Source: Candidatus Hecatella orcuttiae (GTDB lineage: Archaea > Thermoproteota > Bathyarchaeia > Hecatellales > Hecatellaceae). From it: a stretch of 64,000 bases of DNA. The first letter of the stretch is position 1; each line of letters begins with the position of its first letter. Both the position numbers and the translations under genes were made by a program. Below the pieces are notes generated by a model. It did not search any database. It had not been told where the DNA came from and was given only the letters and a program-made list of their open reading frames with translations. The stretch lies in assembly GCA_002011035.2 (NCBI GenBank), contig MTLY02000002.1, positions 128,001-192,000 of the forward strand. Reading direction: 5' to 3'. Of this stretch, positions 58,850-64,000 are shown piece by piece.

Positions 58850-59053
58850 TCATTTTTCCTTCTTAGAAAGCCACCATTTTAAGTATTCTCGGCGTTCCTG
58901 CCTTTTTTCCTCTTCTTCTCGAGGAGGTATGTTCCTCCTTTTAGCTTCTAGGATTTCGTGGTACTTCAATGTTAGCCCGCAGCTTCGACAGGAGTAGAGT
59001 TTCATGTTGAGGTCGTAGGCCATTTCTCCTCCACATTCAGGGCAATACTCCAT
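58850..59053 (-). CDS. Small Zn-ribbon protein
   Basis: CPECGG...CRSCG and EYLKWWL tail. Confidence 0.75.
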   Translation of the reverse strand: MEYCPECGGEMAYDLNMKLYSCRSCGLTLKYHEILEAKRRNIPPREEEEKRQERREYLKWWLSKKEK

Positions 59054-59193
59054 ATTCGCTCACTCAACCAATATTCAAACTCCGTTATTAGGGTTTAAGA
59101 CCCCCGGCGGCATGCCGTGCTGTTTAAGGGTCGGAACCCCTATTTATTATATGAAAAGAAAACCTAGCCGCCGAAGAGGGAGAAAGGCTGCCG

Positions 59194-60231
59194 GTGGAAG
59201 CAAGGCTTTACCAGAAAATTCGGGAAGACGGCCTTGTAAAGTGCATCGTCTGCGGTCGAAGATGCTACATTGCAGATGGGAAAAGGGGCTTCTGCAGGGT
59301 CAGGGAAAATCGGGGGGGAACCCTCTACGTCCTCAACTACGCCAAACTCACTGCCATGAACGTGGACCCCATTGAGAAAAAGCCCCTCTTCAACTTTTGG
59401 CCGGGAAGTCTCTCCTTTTCCATCTCCTCCATCTCCTGCTCCCTCACCTGCGAATGGTGTCAGAATTATTCTCTCTCGCAGGTGGAGCCCGGGGAGATAC
59501 CTGTTCGGGAGGTCTCTCCGGAAGAGGTGGTGGAGATGGCTAAGAGATATGGCTGCAAAACCATAGCTTACACCTACAATGAACCTATCATCTGGTTGGA
59601 GTACGTCGTGGACACGGCTAAGGCGGCTAGGAAACAGAATATACTGAATGTTCTAGTGACAAACGGCTACGCCACCGAAGAGTCCATTCGAGAGTTCTCC
59701 CCCTATATCGACGCAGCCAACGTGGACATCAAAGCCTTCCATCCTGAATTCTACAGCAAACACTGCCAAGGGAGGCTGGAAGACGTCCTCAACAGCGTCA
59801 AGCTGATGGTGAAGGAGGGCTGGCATGTAGAAACCACCTACCTCCTTATCCCCGGGTTAAACGACCGCGTGGATGAAATTAGAAAAATGAGCCGGTGGGT
59901 GGTGGAGGAATTGGGCGCTGATACCCCTCTTCATTTCAGCCAATTTTATCCCATGTACAAGATGACTCACCTGCCGCCTACCCCCGTGGGCACCCTCGTC
60001 AAGGCTAGAGAAATCGCCTTGAAGGAAGGCCTCCACTACGTTTACGTAGGCAATGTCCCCGGTCATGAGGGGGAAAACACCTACTGCCCCGGCTGCGGCT
60101 CAGTCCTAGTTCAACGGTGGGGATTCGACGTGCAGAAATGGAGACTCACGGAAAAGATGACATGTTCCTACTGCGGTACCAGAATAGCCATAAAAGGAAA
60201 ATTTGAACCCAGAAAGAAAAGGTTCCTCTAG
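59194..60231 (+). CDS. AmmeMemoRadiSam-system radical SAM enzyme
   Basis: C..C.R.C...GFCRVR, DPIEKKPL, CSLTCEWCQN, YTYNEP, ENTYCP.CG. Confidence 0.92.
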   Translation: MEARLYQKIREDGLVKCIVCGRRCYIADGKRGFCRVRENRGGTLYVLNYAKLTAMNVDPIEKKPLFNFWPGSLSFSISSISCSLTCEWCQNYSLSQVEPGEIPVREVSPEEVVEMAKRYGCKTIAYTYNEPIIWLEYVVDTAKAARKQNILNVLVTNGYATEESIREFSPYIDAANVDIKAFHPEFYSKHCQGRLEDVLNSVKLMVKEGWHVETTYLLIPGLNDRVDEIRKMSRWVVEELGADTPLHFSQFYPMYKMTHLPPTPVGTLVKAREIALKEGLHYVYVGNVPGHEGENTYCPGCGSVLVQRWGFDVQKWRLTEKMTCSYCGTRIAIKGKFEPRKKRFL

Positions 60232-60374
60232 ACCACGCACGCGGCGACAATATTCGCAGCGTCTGTGGAGGTCTAGGGGGCTATAAAACCGCTTTACATG
60301 CTTCGCTCAATTGCCAAGAAACCGCCGGGGGAGAGACATTTTGCCGCTGGACTTAAACCGAAGTATATAATTCT

Positions 60375-61574
60375 TTGATGATTAAACAGAGATGTATCCG
60401 CCGCGAAGCTGGAGTGGAATGCCTATTGTCCGTGCCTCATGGGGGAAGACTCGTAGACCGAGTGTTGAAGGGGAAGCCGAGGGAAAAAGCCCAAAAGGAT
60501 GCCGCGCTTATGCCGGCTGTAAGTTTAGATGAAGAAGTGGCAAAGGACGCTCAAAACATTGCTCAAGGAATCTACAGTCCCCTGGAAGGTTTTCTTCTCC
60601 AAGAGGACTACGAGCGTGTGCTTCATGAGAGACGACTCTCATTCAAGGACGTTTACTGGACGATTCCCATCGTTCTCGACGTTACGAAAGACAGGGCGGC
60701 TCAGCTGAAAGAGGGGGAGGATATAGCTTTAACCTGCAACAATAGAACGGTTGCTGTGCTTCACCTAGAAGAGAAGTACCCTTATGACAAGAAAGAGTTT
60801 GCTCGGAGGGTCTTTAAAACCGTTGACCCATCCCACCCGGGAGTAGCTTCCCTCTACAGTAAAAAGGAAATCCTCCTCGGGGGGAAAATTGACCTACTGG
60901 AGGAGGTTGAAAGCGCCTATAAAAGATACGCATTGACTCCCAGACAGACTAGGGCCATCTTCAAGGAAAGAGGATGGAAAACAGTAGTCGGTTTTCAGAC
61001 GCGGAACGTACCTCATCTCAACCACGAATTCCTTCAAAAAACCGCCCTCTCTTTTCTAGATGGACTCTTCATCAATCCCGTCATCGGTAAAAAGAAGAAA
61101 GGCGACTTCAGAGACGAGATTATCTTGGAGTCATACAGGGTGCTGATAGACAGATACTATCCCAAAGAGAGCGTGGTCTTGGCCATCCTGCCTTGGGAAA
61201 TGAGGTACGCCGGCCCTATGGAGGCAATACACCACGCAATAATACGGAAGAATTTCGGCTGCACACATCACATCTTCGGAAGAGACCACGCAGGAGTCGG
61301 CAGCTTTTACCGCCCCTATGAGGCTCAAGAAGTTTTCGACCAGTTCCCGGACTTGGGCATCACCCCTATCTTCTTCCGAGAATTCTTCTACTGCAAAAAA
61401 TGTCAAGGCGTAATGAATGAAAAAATATGCCCCCATGGAGCGCAGGACAGAATTGTCTTCAGCGGAACAAAGGTGAGAAGCATCTTTACCCGCGGAGAAA
61501 CTCCTCCAAAAGAATTAATGAGGCCTGAGGTTGTTGAGGTCATAAAAAAATACCCGAATCCCTTCGTGGAATAG
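60375..61574 (+). CDS. sat: Sulfate adenylyltransferase
   Basis: PHGGRL, YSPLEGF, FQTRNVPH..HE, MRYAGP.EA, GRDHAG; start probably at TTG 60426. Confidence 0.95.
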   Translation: MMIKQRCIRREAGVECLLSVPHGGRLVDRVLKGKPREKAQKDAALMPAVSLDEEVAKDAQNIAQGIYSPLEGFLLQEDYERVLHERRLSFKDVYWTIPIVLDVTKDRAAQLKEGEDIALTCNNRTVAVLHLEEKYPYDKKEFARRVFKTVDPSHPGVASLYSKKEILLGGKIDLLEEVESAYKRYALTPRQTRAIFKERGWKTVVGFQTRNVPHLNHEFLQKTALSFLDGLFINPVIGKKKKGDFRDEIILESYRVLIDRYYPKESVVLAILPWEMRYAGPMEAIHHAIIRKNFGCTHHIFGRDHAGVGSFYRPYEAQEVFDQFPDLGITPIFFREFFYCKKCQGVMNEKICPHGAQDRIVFSGTKVRSIFTRGETPPKELMRPEVVEVIKKYPNPFVE

Positions 61575-61603
61575 CTTAAGAATGTTTTATCGTGAGGTAT
61601 TTG

Positions 61604-62227
61604 TTATGTTTTGGAAAGGGATCTCAATCTGTGTTGGTACTTTTCCTTATAGGAGGCTCGACAGGTTTTGCAGCAGAAGGAGTGTTCTCGGTCTCCTATT
61701 TTATGGGTTTCAGGTTTACCTTTTATCTCTCTGCCGCAGAAATTGCATGTCAACCGTAATCCCAGTCCAGGTCTGAGAATAATCCCCGGTTGCTCTTTGA
61801 CTATCTTGGCGATTATGTTGCTGGAGACCACTGTAACTCCTTCAAGTTTCGCTATGGTTTTCGCCAAGAAATCTTGGAGAGCTTTCAGGTCTTGGGCGAA
61901 CACTTTGATGAGAAGGTTGCCTTAGCCCGCTGTCAAGTAGATAGACCTGACCTCCTCGATTTTGTCCAAGACATTGAGGGTTTCTTCAAGCTTGGAGAAG
62001 TCAACTTTCAACATGACGTTTGAAACTACTCCCTGCTCTATTTTATCCGTGTCCAGCAGAGGGATTATCTTTTTTATGAGCCCTGAATCAAACATCCTCC
62101 GCATGCAACTTTCCACAGTTGGCGTGCTGACCAAGGCTTGCTTGGCTATTTGGCGCAGGGGCTTTCTTCCATCCTCCAGCAGAGCTCGGAGTATGGCTAT
62201 ATCTGTTTCATCCAACTTGATGGACAA
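61604..62227 (-). pseudogene. Lrp/AsnC-TRASH regulator with an in-frame TAA
   Basis: YLTAG-TAA-GNLLIKV read in one frame; C-terminal CNFC...FCCKTC. Confidence 0.75.
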
Positions 62228-62363
62228 GGGGTCTCAACGGGAAACCTCCTCCGCGATTAATTAACGTTTACAATTGAAAAATGAGCGACTCATTCTCTTC
62301 GCCTTTTTAAAGGTATACGCTTTAATACCCTCCGGGACCAAGTCTAGATAGGGGAGTAGAAGC

Positions 62364-62777
62364 GTGAACGGGGAGAAGCCAACCGCAGCCTTCGTTTTAT
62401 CCCTCGTCGCAGGGGTTTTAATAGCGCTGGGCGGAGCTGTGAGCTCCGTTTTCATGGGAATGATGGGTCTGTACAGCGGCGGCTGGCGTGGGATGATGGG
62501 CGGATACGGCATGATGGGTTGGCCTGTTTGGGGCTTCGGTGTAGCCTTCGGCATAACAGGCCTAGTCGTAGGTGTCATCGTGATCATCGGCGCGATAATG
62601 CTGGATTCAAGACCTCAGGAACATAGGACATGGGGCGTTATAATACTGGTCTTCTCAATCCTGAGCATCCTAGGCGGAATGGGCGGCTTCGGCCTAGGGT
62701 TGATTCTAGGAATAATCGGAGGAGCATTAGCCATAGGCTGGACACCGCCGGCGCAGGCGACAGAACGTGTAAAATAG
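62364..62777 (+). CDS. Gly/Met-rich membrane protein; zinc ribbon follows in frame after the TAG
   Basis: KPTAAFVLSLVAGVLI, GMMGG repeats, four TM helices. Confidence 0.75.
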   Translation: MNGEKPTAAFVLSLVAGVLIALGGAVSSVFMGMMGLYSGGWRGMMGGYGMMGWPVWGFGVAFGITGLVVGVIVIIGAIMLDSRPQEHRTWGVIILVFSILSILGGMGGFGLGLILGIIGGALAIGWTPPAQATERVK

Positions 62778-62879
62778 CCCACTAAAACCTGTGTCCACTG
62801 CGGTCGGGCGATTGTTTCAAACGCCAAGTATTGCCCTCAATGCGGAAAAGAGCAGCCTGAATAGAGACGGTGCGGCGAC

Positions 62880-63608
62880 ATGTCTTATAACTGGAAGGTA
62901 AGCGCGCTGGTAATAGCTACAGCTTTGGCTGTGGCAGTAGTTGCGTTGTTTTTCTATTCTTACACCTACGTTCCCGGCATGAGGCCTCAACCTCTGGCGC
63001 CAACTCCGTCCACTGCCATGCCTCCCAGCATGATGGGCGAAGGACCAAGTGTAGGAGAGCCTTCTGCGGCTCAGGAGTTGCTGACGATGGAAGGGGCGCT
63101 GGCGGCCTCCCAAGATTACCTCCGAAAAGTAGGCGATCTGGATCTGGCTGTGGCTGAGATAATGGAGTTCAGCAACCATTATTATGTGGATGTTTATGAG
63201 CAGAGCACAGGTATTCACGCCTTCGAGCTTATCATAGAAAGGGATGGAGACATCTACCCGGAGCATGGACCGAACATGATGTGGAACACCAAGTACGGTC
63301 ACCATGGAGGCGGAATGATGGGTGTGGGAGGAATGATGGGGGCTTACTCCATGTCGGCAGAAATGCCCATCGACGAGCGGGAGGCATTGGTCTATGCTCA
63401 AAATTATCTGAATACATACATGCCGGGAGCCGTTGCTGTGGAGCCCCATAGATTCTACGGATACTATACGCTTCACGTGGAAATAGACGGCGGCATCGTC
63501 GGCATGCTCAGCGTAAACGGCTACAGTGGAGATGTCTGGTATCACAACTGGCATGGGGAATTCATCCGAATCATGGAGCTGCAAGAGCACCATGAACATG
63601 AGGATTGA
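62880..63608 (+). CDS. Membrane-anchored Met/His-rich protein (PepSY-like repeats)
   Basis: N-terminal TM helix, PE.GPNMMWNTKYG, FYGYYT, GMLSVNGYSG.VWYH.WHG.F, His-rich tail. Confidence 0.8.
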   Translation: MSYNWKVSALVIATALAVAVVALFFYSYTYVPGMRPQPLAPTPSTAMPPSMMGEGPSVGEPSAAQELLTMEGALAASQDYLRKVGDLDLAVAEIMEFSNHYYVDVYEQSTGIHAFELIIERDGDIYPEHGPNMMWNTKYGHHGGGMMGVGGMMGAYSMSAEMPIDEREALVYAQNYLNTYMPGAVAVEPHRFYGYYTLHVEIDGGIVGMLSVNGYSGDVWYHNWHGEFIRIMELQEHHEHED

Positions 63609-63632
63609 AAACGCCTCCTAGGGGGAGCCTCC

Positions 63633-64000
63633 ATGACGTGGGAGTTCTGGAATAGGTGGGACCTAGTCTTGGCGAATGTGGCATTGTTCTCCCTATTCCT
63701 CCTCCTCATGCCCTTCAAAAGGCGAAGCGCATGGGGTTCCCGCGGGGCCTTCATAGGTTTCTTGGTAGCCTTATTCACCGAAATGTACGGCCTACCTTTG
63801 ACGGTTTACGTCATCGCTCCTTTTCTTCTACCGTTTTCCGGCTCCAGCCAGTGGCTGTGGAGTGGACACCTATTCGGATGGGTGGGCATAGCCGTTGGAA
63901 CACCCATCCTCATCCTAGGCGGAGCCTTAATCGTGGCCGGATGGAGGGCGGTTCATAGAGCGGTGTCAAGCGATGGGGGACTTGTGACTGATGGAGTCTA
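63633..64000 (+). CDS. ICMT-family membrane protein, truncated by the window end (paralog of 26929..27573)
   Basis: MTWEFWNRWDLVLANVALFSLFLLLMPF...ALFTEMYGLPLTVY...LVTDGV. Confidence 0.8.
   Translation, partial: MTWEFWNRWDLVLANVALFSLFLLLMPFKRRSAWGSRGAFIGFLVALFTEMYGLPLTVYVIAPFLLPFSGSSQWLWSGHLFGWVGIAVGTPILILGGALIVAGWRAVHRAVSSDGGLVTDGV

Noticed and set aside
60375-61574. Dissimilatory sulfate reduction
   Set aside because: sat alone is not diagnostic; no aprAB, qmo or dsr genes in the window.

Overview
Archaeal chromosomal window. Archaeal markers include TFE, Alba, NAC, aMBF1, aTrm56, L40e, Orc1/Cdc6 and CdhAB; a TACK/Bathyarchaeia-like host is my inference. Most of the window is housekeeping genes plus five tRNAs. 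Three parts stand out. (1) The tyrosyl-tRNA synthetase gene is split next to its HIGH motif by a 29-nt insert that folds as a bulge-helix-bulge. Canonical endonuclease cleavage of this insert restores the frame exactly, so it is a candidate archaeal mRNA intron. (2) An operon at about 33.0-41.0 kb encodes a Tat-exported Nitrospira/anammox-NXR-like molybdoenzyme (alpha, beta, chaperone). It has no heme gamma subunit, but has two CuA cupredoxins and a NapH/NosR-like membrane ferredoxin, and is followed on the same strand by a CO dehydrogenase pair (cdhAB) with no ACS subunits nearby. (3) An AT-richer island of about 13 kb is integrated at tRNA-Gly. It has two downstream att-like copies, integrase remnants and copper-resistance cargo. 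All calls come from reading motifs by eye; no database searches were run.
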